From NCBI GenBank assembly GCA_964531875.1, contig CAZHFT010000001.1:1-25874 (forward strand): a DNA stretch of 25,874 nucleotides, given 5' to 3'. The notes beneath the pieces were generated by a model. It had not been told where the DNA came from, ran no database searches, and saw nothing but the letters and a program-made list of their open reading frames with translations. The DNA comes from an uncultured archaeon (GTDB lineage Archaea; Iainarchaeota; Iainarchaeia; Iainarchaeales; Iainarchaeaceae). Numbering within the stretch: position 1 is the first letter of the stretch; each line of letters starts with the position of its first letter. The position numbers and the translations under genes are program-made. Below, piece by piece: positions 9,078 to 17,414 of this stretch.

Positions 9078-10058
9078 TTAATTAGTCCAATTAATTTCTT
9101 CCAAATCAGTTCTGAATTTTTGATTAGTAAACGCATCTTTGATTTTTACTGTTCTATTATGCTTAAACATTAGGGTTCCAAGAAAAGCAATCATTGCAGC
9201 ATTATCTACTGCAAGAAGAGTAGGGCAAACACGCATTTTTACTCCTCTTTCCTCACACATTTCACCAACCATTTTTTGCAAAGCCTTAGAAGCAGCAACT
9301 CCACCTACTAAAAGAACCTCTTTTTTTTCAGTGTGAGCAAGAGCTCGCTCCGTTACCTCAGTAAGCATTGCAAAACATGTGTGCATTAAAGAATAAGCCA
9401 AATCTTTTTCATCAACTTTACCGATTTTTTGCTTAGCACTTGTAAGTAACCCAGAAAAATGCAAATCCATGCCTTTCACAGAATAAGGTAATTCAATGTA
9501 ATTTTTTGCTTCAAAATACATTTTATCTATTATTGGCCCCGCAGGAAAACCAAGACCACAGGCTCTACCAAAAGAATCAAGCAAATTACCCACGCCAATA
9601 TCAAGAGTTTCACCATAAACCCTGTATTTTCCTGATTCAAAACCGATTATTTGAGAATTTCCCCCAGAAACATAAAGAATAAGTGGGTCATTACAATTAC
9701 ATATTTTTTTACCAATTTCAATATGAGCAACGCAATGGTTGGTTGCAACCAAAGGTTTATTATGTAGAAGTGAAAGATATCTTGCCATAACTGCTCCAGT
9801 GCTTAATGCTGGTCCCATTCCTGGTCCTGCACTATAAGCAATACAATCAATATCTTTCCAATCCATTTTTGCTTTTTCAAATGCATTTTTTAAAATTGAA
9901 GGAAATTTTTCACAATGGTGTTCTGCTAATTCTCGGGGAATCATTCCTCCCTTTTCTGTTGTAAAAGTATCTTTTTCATTAGCAAGCACATCGCCCTCAG
10001 AATTCATTATTCCGACTCCAGCAGTATGTGCAGTTGATTCAATACCTAAACAAATCAT
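9078..10058 (-). CDS. kae1: KEOPS N6-threonylcarbamoyltransferase Kae1 (stand-alone, not fused to Bud32)
   Basis: LGIESTAHT, GPGMGPAL, NHCVAHIE metal motif, YVSGGNSQ, GETLDIGVGN, VGGVAA and DNAAMIA. Confidence 0.97.
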   Translation of the reverse strand: MICLGIESTAHTAGVGIMNSEGDVLANEKDTFTTEKGGMIPRELAEHHCEKFPSILKNAFEKAKMDWKDIDCIAYSAGPGMGPALSTGAVMARYLSLLHNKPLVATNHCVAHIEIGKKICNCNDPLILYVSGGNSQIIGFESGKYRVYGETLDIGVGNLLDSFGRACGLGFPAGPIIDKMYFEAKNYIELPYSVKGMDLHFSGLLTSAKQKIGKVDEKDLAYSLMHTCFAMLTEVTERALAHTEKKEVLLVGGVAASKALQKMVGEMCEERGVKMRVCPTLLAVDNAAMIAFLGTLMFKHNRTVKIKDAFTNQKFRTDLEEINWTN

Positions 10059-10059
10059 T

Positions 10060-10644
10060 CTAAAACTCTTTTAGTTTTTCTAAAACTTTATTAATTCTAT
10101 TTTTGGTTATTTTTCCTTCTCTAATTACTTTTCCTTCTTCTAAATCATATATTGTACTTGGTTCTTGTTTTTCTAGTTTTCCCGTGTCAATAATTGGAAT
10201 GTTTCCAAAGTAGTTTCTTATTTCTTCTGGACTAAATGCTGGTTCTTGCCCATGCAAATTTGCGGATGTTGCTGTAATTGGTTTCCCAAATTTTCTTGAT
10301 AATTCCCTTGCAATTTCATTTTCAGATATTCTAAAAGCAATTGTTTTTTTGCTTAAAAAATCAGGGAGAATTTTTTTCTTTTTTGCAATAATTGTAAGTG
10401 GGCCTGGCATAAATGTTTCAATTAATACTCGAGCTTTTTCATTTAACTCTGCAATTTCTTCTATCATTTGTATTGAATCAACAATTAAAAGAACTGGCTT
10501 ATCAAATGGTTCTTTTTTTAGTTGGTGTAATTCTTGAATTGCTTTTTCATTGAATGGGTCACAAGCTAATCCATAACTTGTTTCGGTTGGAAATGCAATG
10601 ATTTTTCCTTCTTTTAATAATTTTACTCCTTCATCAGTATTCAT
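10060..10644 (-). CDS. sua5: Threonylcarbamoyl-AMP synthase, YrdC/TsaC domain only (no SUA5 C-domain)
   Basis: AFPTETSYGL, FMPGPLT, AFRIS, TATSAN, PSTI and IREG. The KxR motif reads KKE. Confidence 0.92.
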   Translation of the reverse strand: MNTDEGVKLLKEGKIIAFPTETSYGLACDPFNEKAIQELHQLKKEPFDKPVLLIVDSIQMIEEIAELNEKARVLIETFMPGPLTIIAKKKKILPDFLSKKTIAFRISENEIARELSRKFGKPITATSANLHGQEPAFSPEEIRNYFGNIPIIDTGKLEKQEPSTIYDLEEGKVIREGKITKNRINKVLEKLKEF

Positions 10645-11180
10645 TGGCTCACCATTACAAGCACTACTATTAAGTTGTAAAGCAAATGAGCAATAAAATT
10701 TGGCATTATTTTTTTGTGTTGATTATAAGATAGTGCAAGTACTGCTCCTAATACTATTGCTCCAATTATTTCTCCTGTAGAGTTATATCCAAAATGCAAT
10801 AAACCAAATAGTACACTTGATATAATTACTCCTGTTCTTGGCACAAGAAAAGCTCTGAAGAACCATTCTTCAAGAAAAACTCTTACTACAAAAAGGTAGA
10901 TTAGTATTAGTGGTGAAAGTGCGAGAAGTTGTTTTAGAACGGTTTCTACGCCTTGAAAATCATTTATTCCTAATGTAATTAATGTTATTGAAAGCAATAT
11001 TGAGTAAATGAATAATGCTAAAAATATTTTCAAAGTAGTGTAAATATCAAGTAGTGGAGTTTTTGTTTCTAATCCAAATTCTTTTGGAGTTAATTTTTTC
11101 TTTTCAAAAAATATTATGTAGATAATTGGGATTAGTAGTAATACCGCATCTAAAAGTATATTTGATAAAAGAGCACTTAT
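10641..11180 (-). CDS. CPBP (Abi/CAAX) family intramembrane metalloprotease
   Basis: EEWFFR, FGLLH and HLLYN motifs. The frame stays open upstream of the track's TTG 11033 to 11192 and encodes an extra TM plus KKLTPKEFGL. Probable start is ATA 11180 after SD GGGGG. Confidence 0.85.
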   Translation of the reverse strand: MSALLSNILLDAVLLLIPIIYIIFFEKKKLTPKEFGLETKTPLLDIYTTLKIFLALFIYSILLSITLITLGINDFQGVETVLKQLLALSPLILIYLFVVRVFLEEWFFRAFLVPRTGVIISSVLFGLLHFGYNSTGEIIGAIVLGAVLALSYNQHKKIMPNFIAHLLYNLIVVLVMVSQ

Positions 11181-11198
11181 TGTAAAGCCCCCTTAAAA

Positions 11199-11402
11199 TC
11201 ATTTGAATTCTGTAAAGTTGCATTTTCCACAGTGGCGTCTTTTTTCATGGTCTGCCATGAATACTCCTGGGCCACATTTAGGACAAGTTTTTTTTCTTGT
11301 AACTTTACCGTCTTCAATTTTGTACTTTTCCCCTTTTTTAATATTAGGGTGTTTTTTATGGGGTTTTTTCCCTTTTGCGTCTTTTTTTCCTTTCATTACC
11401 AT
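11199..11402 (-). CDS. rps27ae: 30S ribosomal protein S27ae (eS31)
   Basis: [15 protein letters not shown]...RHCGKC zinc ribbon, directly after rps24e. Confidence 0.96.
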   Translation of the reverse strand: MVMKGKKDAKGKKPHKKHPNIKKGEKYKIEDGKVTRKKTCPKCGPGVFMADHEKRRHCGKCNFTEFK

Positions 11403-11408
11403 TTTAAA

Positions 11409-11834
11409 TCACTCTTTCTTTTCTTTCCCTTCACCCTCACGGGTACTTTCAGCGGGACTTCCTTTGGTCGCAGCTTTTACTTCTTCTTTTTTTACTGGAG
11501 CTTCTTCTTTTACTTTTGCTGGAGCTTCTGTTTTATTTTCTGCTTTTGCTTCTTCTTTTTTTCCAAAGTTTCTTGCAAGAATATATTTTTCTTCTATTTT
11601 TTTCATTTGTTTTTCGTCTTTGTAGATTTTTGCTGTTCCCTTTAAATCTGATGTTCCGTATCTTGTTTCTAATACATCTATTACTGTTAATTTTTCATCA
11701 GAATTGATTAAAGCAATTATTTTTTGTTTTATTTCTTTTCTTGATGGAGTTTTTTGTGCTTCTTTTGCACTAAATTTTATTTCTGTTCTGTTAAGAACGG
11801 GATTTTCATTTTTTTTGTCTATGTTTACTATCAT
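11409..11834 (-). CDS. rps24e: 30S ribosomal protein S24e with a charged C-terminal tail
   Basis: KNENPVLNRTEI, TPSRKEIK, TRYG and AKIY. Likely ATG 11834 after SD AGGTGA (track starts at GTG 11843). Confidence 0.95.
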   Translation of the reverse strand: MIVNIDKKNENPVLNRTEIKFSAKEAQKTPSRKEIKQKIIALINSDEKLTVIDVLETRYGTSDLKGTAKIYKDEKQMKKIEEKYILARNFGKKEEAKAENKTEAPAKVKEEAPVKKEEVKAATKGSPAESTREGEGKEKKE

Positions 11835-11839
11835 TTTTT

Positions 11840-12037
11840 TCACCTACTTAATCTTAATGCATATTTTCCTGCTTTTGTTATTCCCATTTTTTGAGCAATT
11901 TCTGAATTTTCCGCATTTAATATTACTGAGTATCCTCTCCAGAATGTTGTGAATGAATTTGAACCACAAACAGGGCATACGTCGCCACCTTCTTCAAGAA
12001 CATATCTACAACTTCGGCATGCTTTGTCCTGTTTCAT
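11840..12037 (-). CDS. spt4: Transcription elongation factor Spt4 (RpoE'')
   Basis: KACRSC...CPVCGS zinc finger, W-x-G, SEIA and GKYALR. Confidence 0.96.
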   Translation of the reverse strand: MKQDKACRSCRYVLEEGGDVCPVCGSNSFTTFWRGYSVILNAENSEIAQKMGITKAGKYALRLSR

Positions 12038-12624
12038 TTTTTCAACTCCTTTTTTTTATCCTTTTCTGTTGCTTTTTTAGTTGGTTTTTTTTCTATTTTT
12101 ATCCAATCTGATTTTCCAAGTCCTTCTTGTCTCATTGTTAATCCTATTTTTGAACTTGAAATTGTTCCTTTGAGACTTACAGTAACTATTCTTGCTTTTA
12201 CAACGTCTTTGGTGGTTAGTTTTCTTTTTGTTTCTTTTCCAACAAATCCTGGTAGTTTTGCATCGTAATTAATGTAATCATCCATTATTTGACTTACATG
12301 AATTAATCCTTCTAATGGCCCAGTTTTTATAAATGCTCCAAATTCAGTAACGTCGCTTATTTCTCCTTCTACGAGTTCATGTAACATTGGTTTGTACATT
12401 AGTACTTTAATGTCTGTTGCATAATATGCTGCTCCGTCTCCGGGAACTATTTTTCCGTCTCCTATTTTTTCTACTCCTGTTACGGTAACAACTACTCCCA
12501 TATCTTCATCAAGAACTCCTTCATAAACTTTTTTTGCGTTTTCAAGTATTGTCTTTTTGAGGTTTGTTCCTATGTCTGCAGGAGGGATTCTTATTGTATC
12601 AGTTATAGTATAATTTTTGTACAT
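12034..12624 (-). CDS. rpoE1: RNA polymerase subunit E' (Rpo7)
   Basis: IRIPP, GKIVPGDGAAY, S1 domain FGAFIKTGPLEGLIHVSQI and IGLTMRQEGLGK. Confidence 0.97.
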   Translation of the reverse strand: MYKNYTITDTIRIPPADIGTNLKKTILENAKKVYEGVLDEDMGVVVTVTGVEKIGDGKIVPGDGAAYYATDIKVLMYKPMLHELVEGEISDVTEFGAFIKTGPLEGLIHVSQIMDDYINYDAKLPGFVGKETKRKLTTKDVVKARIVTVSLKGTISSSKIGLTMRQEGLGKSDWIKIEKKPTKKATEKDKKKELKK

Positions 12625-12638
12625 TGTTTTTTCACCAC

Positions 12639-13019
12639 CTAAATAAGCTCAAGCATTTTTTTTTGTCTTAAGTATAATACCTTTCCATTTAATTCTCTTA
12701 CCTTATCTTTTAATTCTTTATCGTTTGTCGCAATTATTGCTTCTGGAGACATTTTTTTTAATGCTTCGTCTGCATTTCTTGCTTTTATTTCAATTATTTT
12801 TACTTTATTTTTTTCCATTAATTCCCTTGCTATATTTACTTCTTTTTTTAGTTTGTTTCCTTCTTTTGAAAGCCCTTCAAGTTCATTAATTACCTGTCTG
12901 GGAACAATGAATTCTACTTTGCCAAGCATTCTTTTTGATTCATGGAAAACATCTATTTTGAATCTTTCTATATTAAGAAGCATATTTGTATCCCAAGCAA
13001 TTTTACTTGCTGATACCAT
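12639..13019 (-). CDS. PIN-domain protein (Fcf1/Utp23-like, COG1412-type)
   Basis: DTN, VINEL, ADEA and ATNDKEL give four acidic PIN residues. Occupies the conserved position between eif2g and rpoE1. Start is ATG 13019 or 13040. Confidence 0.9.
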   Translation of the reverse strand: MVSASKIAWDTNMLLNIERFKIDVFHESKRMLGKVEFIVPRQVINELEGLSKEGNKLKKEVNIARELMEKNKVKIIEIKARNADEALKKMSPEAIIATNDKELKDKVRELNGKVLYLRQKKMLELI

Positions 13020-14205
13020 ATGCTCGTAACCTCCAACCATTTTGTTCTCTTTTACTTATTGCTACTTTTTGGTCTTTTTCAATTACACAATATGAACGTA
13101 ATGCAAATTCAAATGAATTTTTTCCAGAACTTTTTATTGCTTGTCCAATAATTGTACTTGTTCCTATTGCAAGAACTACGTAATCGTTTATTTTAATGCT
13201 TTCTTCATTTTTTTCAAGTAGTCTTTCAATTGGGTGTACTTCTAATTTAATTAAATTTGTTGGTTTTGGTAGTACTCCTGGTTTTGCAATCATTTGTCCT
13301 CTTAATTCATCATTTTTTGTGAAGAATGGGTCAAGTGTTGTTCCTACTGCAATTAGTCCTCCAGCATGTGCTTCTTCTAGCATTCCATTTTCTACTCCTA
13401 AACTAACTACTTCGGTTTCTATTGGTTTTCCATTTTCGCCGGGAGTAATTTCTATTTTATCTCCAATTTTTAGTGTTCCACAAATAATGCTTCCACCAAT
13501 TACTCCTCCTTTAATATTTTCTATTTTTGTTCCTGGTTTGTTAACATCAAAACTTCTTACAATGTACATTTTCATTAGTTTTTTCTTTTCTATTTTTGGA
13601 GTAACAATTTCTTTTTCAATTGCTTCTATTACTAAATCAATGTTAACCCCTTGGTTTGCAGAGATTGGGACTATTGGAGTATTTGTATAATTATATTTTT
13701 TTAAGAATGCAGTTATTTCATTATGGCTTTCTTTTGCTCTTTTCATGTCTACTAAGTCTATTTTGTTTTGTGCTACTACAATATTTTTTATTCCTGCTGA
13801 GCTTAATGCCATTAAATGTTCTGCTGTTCTTGGTTGTGGACATTTTTCATTTGCTGCAATTACAAGTACTGCTCCTTGCATTAATGCGGCTCCTGATAAC
13901 ATTGTAGCCATTAATGTTTCGTGTCCTGGAGCATCAACAAAAGAAACTTTTCTTATTGGAACTGCTTTTCCTGTTTCACATTTTCCTGTTGCATTGTAAG
14001 CTTCTGCTCCTTTTATTTTATCGCATTTGTAAAATGTTGCGTCAGCATAACCTAGTCTTATTGAAATTCCTTTTTTTAGTTCTTCACTATGAGTGTCAGC
14101 CCATTTTCCTGTTAATGTTTGAACTAATGAAGTTTTACCGTGGTCTACATGACCAATCATTCCAATATTGATTTCTGCTTGCTGTCCGAGTTTCTTTTTT
14201 GACAT
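13003..14205 (-). CDS. eif2g: Translation initiation factor aIF2 gamma
   Basis: GHVDHGKT, DTHSEELKKGISIRLGY, DAPGHE, NKID and RSFDVNKPG. Start is ATG 14205 or GTG 14214. Confidence 0.97.
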   Translation of the reverse strand: MSKKKLGQQAEINIGMIGHVDHGKTSLVQTLTGKWADTHSEELKKGISIRLGYADATFYKCDKIKGAEAYNATGKCETGKAVPIRKVSFVDAPGHETLMATMLSGAALMQGAVLVIAANEKCPQPRTAEHLMALSSAGIKNIVVAQNKIDLVDMKRAKESHNEITAFLKKYNYTNTPIVPISANQGVNIDLVIEAIEKEIVTPKIEKKKLMKMYIVRSFDVNKPGTKIENIKGGVIGGSIICGTLKIGDKIEITPGENGKPIETEVVSLGVENGMLEEAHAGGLIAVGTTLDPFFTKNDELRGQMIAKPGVLPKPTNLIKLEVHPIERLLEKNEESIKINDYVVLAIGTSTIIGQAIKSSGKNSFEFALRSYCVIEKDQKVAISKREQNGWRLRAYGISK

Positions 14206-14210
14206 TGGTT

Positions 14211-14684
14211 TCACTTTTTGATTTTTCCTTTAATATCTTTTGCTGCTGATGCATCAATTTTTCCAACATTTTCAAGAGATTTTTCTACTGCTTTTTCAGT
14301 AACTGATTTTTTCTCATCTTTGTGTTCTGCGTTTTCTCCGCCTAAAAGTTCTTCTAATTTTACTTTTCCTTCTTTGGTTATTTTGAGGTTTACTTGTGCG
14401 GTTTCATCACTAATTTCGTTTCCTCTTTTTGAAACTTTTTGTCTTATTCCTTTTTTAATATTTTTTACTAAATATAATTTTTTTCTGTTTATTCCTTCAA
14501 AATCATGTTTCATTGGAAATCCTTGCTTGTCTGAACCTCCAGTTATTATTGCTTTGTAGCCATCAAGTCCAATTAAACCTAATTCTACTTCGTTTCCTAT
14601 TTTTTTTCCTTTAAAAAAAGCATTATTTTCTATTGTTTTTGAATATGCTTTTTTTGTTTTTGGGTCTGACACTGATAGTTTCAT
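14211..14684 (-). CDS. rps6e: 30S ribosomal protein S6e
   Basis: SDPKT, GKKIG, ITGGSDKQGFPM and RGNEIS...QVNLKI. Confidence 0.96.
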   Translation of the reverse strand: MKLSVSDPKTKKAYSKTIENNAFFKGKKIGNEVELGLIGLDGYKAIITGGSDKQGFPMKHDFEGINRKKLYLVKNIKKGIRQKVSKRGNEISDETAQVNLKITKEGKVKLEELLGGENAEHKDEKKSVTEKAVEKSLENVGKIDASAAKDIKGKIKK

Positions 14685-14705
14685 TTAAAATTCCTCCAAT
14701 TTTTT

Positions 14706-16469
14706 TTAAGCTTCATTCCTCATTTTTTTTATTTCTTTTATTAATTCAAGTTCATCTGTTGTAAAAGAATCGCTTATTGTATCTAATTGTAAAAAATCTC
14801 TTTGGGGAATAAAACTATATAGCTTATCTTTTTCAAACAAATCTTTTTCAACTACTGCGTCATCTATTGAAACAGCTACTTCCATTCCTTTGATTGCTTC
14901 TTCAACAGCTTTTCCTTCTGATTGTATTGCTTGAACTTTTCCAATTACTTCTCCATTTTTCATTATTTTTGTTCCTTTTTTGAGTTTTCCTTCAAGAATT
15001 CTAACTCCTACTATTGCTGGTTTGCTGTGTCTAAAAACCATTCCTACCATAACTAAAAATTTGGATGGCATTGTTAAAGTTGATAATTTTTTATTTTTCT
15101 CCAAGTCTTTTTCTTCTTTTACCCATTCTTCATAATCTTCAAGGATTTTGTAAACAACATTACTTTCAAATATTTTCACGTTTCTTTTTTTTGCTTCAAT
15201 TTTTGCAGCTTCGCTAACCTTTGTGTGGAATGCAAAAATTACTCCTTTGTATTTATCTTTTTCTGCTACTGATTCTATTTCAAGAACATCTTTTCTTGGA
15301 ATTTCTCCAATGTCTGCTTTTTTTACTTTAATTCCTTTGTCTTCTAAAAGTTTTATTATTGCTTCAAGACTTCCAAGAGTATTACTTCTTACTATTGGGC
15401 CTATTGCATCGGATTCAATTTTTATGTTATGAATTTCGTCATTAATTTCTTTTTCATTTTCTTCTGAACAATGTCTTAGTGGAGAACCACTTATTGCATC
15501 ATCAAGATTTGGTGCAGAAATTTTTACTCCTGCTGCAGCGTGAATTTCTTTAATGTTATTAAATTTTTCATTTGGGTTTCCTTCGCCTACTGGTTTTGGT
15601 TCTAATAATGCTCGAATTTTGGTTTTAATGATTCCATTTTTTCCGCCTAAAATAATTTCTTCGCCTACTGTAAGCATTCCGTCATAAAGAATAACATCAA
15701 TTGTTTTACCTAATCCTCTTTCTTCATTTACTTCAAGTACTGTACCTTTACAAGTTCCTTTGTCATTTACTATTAGCTTTTTATCCAAGTATTTTTTTGA
15801 AATTGCTGATAAGAACATTAGTAGTTCTGGGATTCCAATGTCTTTTTTTGCTGATGTGGGAATAATAGTTACTTCTTTTGTAAAATCTGTTATTCTATCA
15901 AATCTTTCGCTTGCAAATCCTTGTTCATGTAATTGTCCAACTAATTCGTAAATTTTAATATCAAGTTGTTCTAAAACATCTTCTCTTTGTGTTTTTAAGT
16001 TTTCTGAAATACTTCCTTTTTCTACTACCCATCCTTGTAATGTATCAACTTTGTTTGCTACAACAATAAATGGACACTTGCAAGTTTTGAGTATGTCAAT
16101 TGCTTCTAATGTTTGATTTTGTAATCCTTTGTGAATATCTACTACTACAACTGCTAAATCAGCTATACTTCCGCCTCTTTTTCTTAGAGTAGTAAATGCT
16201 TCGTGTCCAGGAGTATCAATGAAAAGTAATCCTGGAATGTTTAAATTGAACTTAAATTTTTCAAGTAATTTTCCCGCTTGTTTTTGAATGATTTTTATTG
16301 GAACTTCTGTTGCTCCAATGTGTTGAGTAATTCCGCCTGCTTCTTTTTCTGCAATATTTGTTCCTCTAATTGAATCAAGAATTTTTGTTTTTCCTGCATC
16401 AACATGTCCAAGTACTGTAATAATTGGTTTTCGTAACGAAACATTTTCAGCGTTGTTTTCTTCATTCAT
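14706..16469 (-). CDS. infB: Translation initiation factor aIF5B (IF2)
   Basis: LRKPIITVLGHVDAGKT, EAGGITQHIGAT, FIDTPGHEAF, NKVD and GSLEA. Likely start is ATG 16469 after GTGA. Confidence 0.97.
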   Translation of the reverse strand: MNEENNAENVSLRKPIITVLGHVDAGKTKILDSIRGTNIAEKEAGGITQHIGATEVPIKIIQKQAGKLLEKFKFNLNIPGLLFIDTPGHEAFTTLRKRGGSIADLAVVVVDIHKGLQNQTLEAIDILKTCKCPFIVVANKVDTLQGWVVEKGSISENLKTQREDVLEQLDIKIYELVGQLHEQGFASERFDRITDFTKEVTIIPTSAKKDIGIPELLMFLSAISKKYLDKKLIVNDKGTCKGTVLEVNEERGLGKTIDVILYDGMLTVGEEIILGGKNGIIKTKIRALLEPKPVGEGNPNEKFNNIKEIHAAAGVKISAPNLDDAISGSPLRHCSEENEKEINDEIHNIKIESDAIGPIVRSNTLGSLEAIIKLLEDKGIKVKKADIGEIPRKDVLEIESVAEKDKYKGVIFAFHTKVSEAAKIEAKKRNVKIFESNVVYKILEDYEEWVKEEKDLEKNKKLSTLTMPSKFLVMVGMVFRHSKPAIVGVRILEGKLKKGTKIMKNGEVIGKVQAIQSEGKAVEEAIKGMEVAVSIDDAVVEKDLFEKDKLYSFIPQRDFLQLDTISDSFTTDELELIKEIKKMRNEA

Positions 16470-16483
16470 TAAAATCACTTATA

Positions 16484-16915
16484 TTATTCTAATCCTGTTG
16501 AACCAAATCCACCTTCTCCTCGAGTAGTTTCATCTAGTTCTTTTACTTCTTCAATTTCGGGTTCTTCAATTTTGTTAAATACCACTTGGCAAATTTTTTT
16601 ACCCTTTTCAATTAAGTATTCTTTTTCGCCTAAATTTGCGATTATTACTTTTATTTCGCCTCTGTATCCTGCGTCAATTGTTCCGGGAGTATTAAGTAAA
16701 GTAAGCCCGTGATTTATTGCGAGTCCACTTTTTGGTCTTATTTGTGCTTCGAATCCTTTTTCAAAAGAAATACTTATTCCTGTTCTAACAAGTGCTCTTT
16801 GCATTGGTTTTAGATTAATTTCTTCTATGCTGTAGAGGTCAAATCCTGCGTCGCCTTCATGTGCTATTTTTGGCACTTTTGCTTCTTCCACAAGTTTTTT
16901 GACCTTTACTTTCAA
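16484..16915 (-). CDS. dut: Trimeric dUTP diphosphatase
   Basis: All five motifs present: AGFDL, PKSG, GTIDAGYRGEI, ICQ and RGEGGFGSTG. TTG start with SD GGGAG. Confidence 0.96.
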   Translation of the reverse strand: MKVKVKKLVEEAKVPKIAHEGDAGFDLYSIEEINLKPMQRALVRTGISISFEKGFEAQIRPKSGLAINHGLTLLNTPGTIDAGYRGEIKVIIANLGEKEYLIEKGKKICQVVFNKIEEPEIEEVKELDETTRGEGGFGSTGLE

Positions 16916-16931
16916 ATTAATCTAACTCCCG

Positions 16932-17408
16932 TTATTTTTTTTCTCTTTCTGAATAAATTACATCAGTTAACAATCTTGGATAACTGAATAATTCATCTTT
17001 ATTGAAAAATCTCCAAATTTCTTTTTCTGCAGTTGCTTTACTGTCTGAAGCATGAATTATTGTGTTTTGAAGGCTTAGTGAAAAGTCTCCTCTTATTGTT
17101 CCGGGTAATGCTTCTGTTCCTTCTGTTACTCCAGCCATTTTTCTAACAACTTCAATTGCTTTTCGTCCTTGTAAAACAAGTAAAATACTTGGAGCTTTTT
17201 GCATGAAAGCTTTTATCTCTGGAAAAAATGGTTTTTTTGCTAAATGCGAATAATGTTCTTCTAATTTTGCATCAGAAAGATGATCCATTTTCATTCCAAT
17301 TAGTTGAATTCCTTTTCTTTCAAATCTATTTAGTACTTCTCCAATCATTCCTCTGTTTACTGCATCAGGTTTTATTATTACGAGTGTTTTTTCCATTTCG
17401 CTTGCCAT
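16932..17408 (-). CDS. ndk: Nucleoside diphosphate kinase
   Basis: EKTLVIIKPDAV, EHY, KPFF, PGTIRGDF and catalytic His in IIHASDS...EI. Confidence 0.97.
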   Translation of the reverse strand: MASEMEKTLVIIKPDAVNRGMIGEVLNRFERKGIQLIGMKMDHLSDAKLEEHYSHLAKKPFFPEIKAFMQKAPSILLVLQGRKAIEVVRKMAGVTEGTEALPGTIRGDFSLSLQNTIIHASDSKATAEKEIWRFFNKDELFSYPRLLTDVIYSEREKK

Positions 17409-17414
17409 TTTAAA

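Noticed and set aside
16385-16410. aIF5B P-loop reads GHVDAGKT rather than GHVDHGKT
   Set aside because: This position varies in the family (eukaryotic eIF5B has Thr), so no functional inference is justified.
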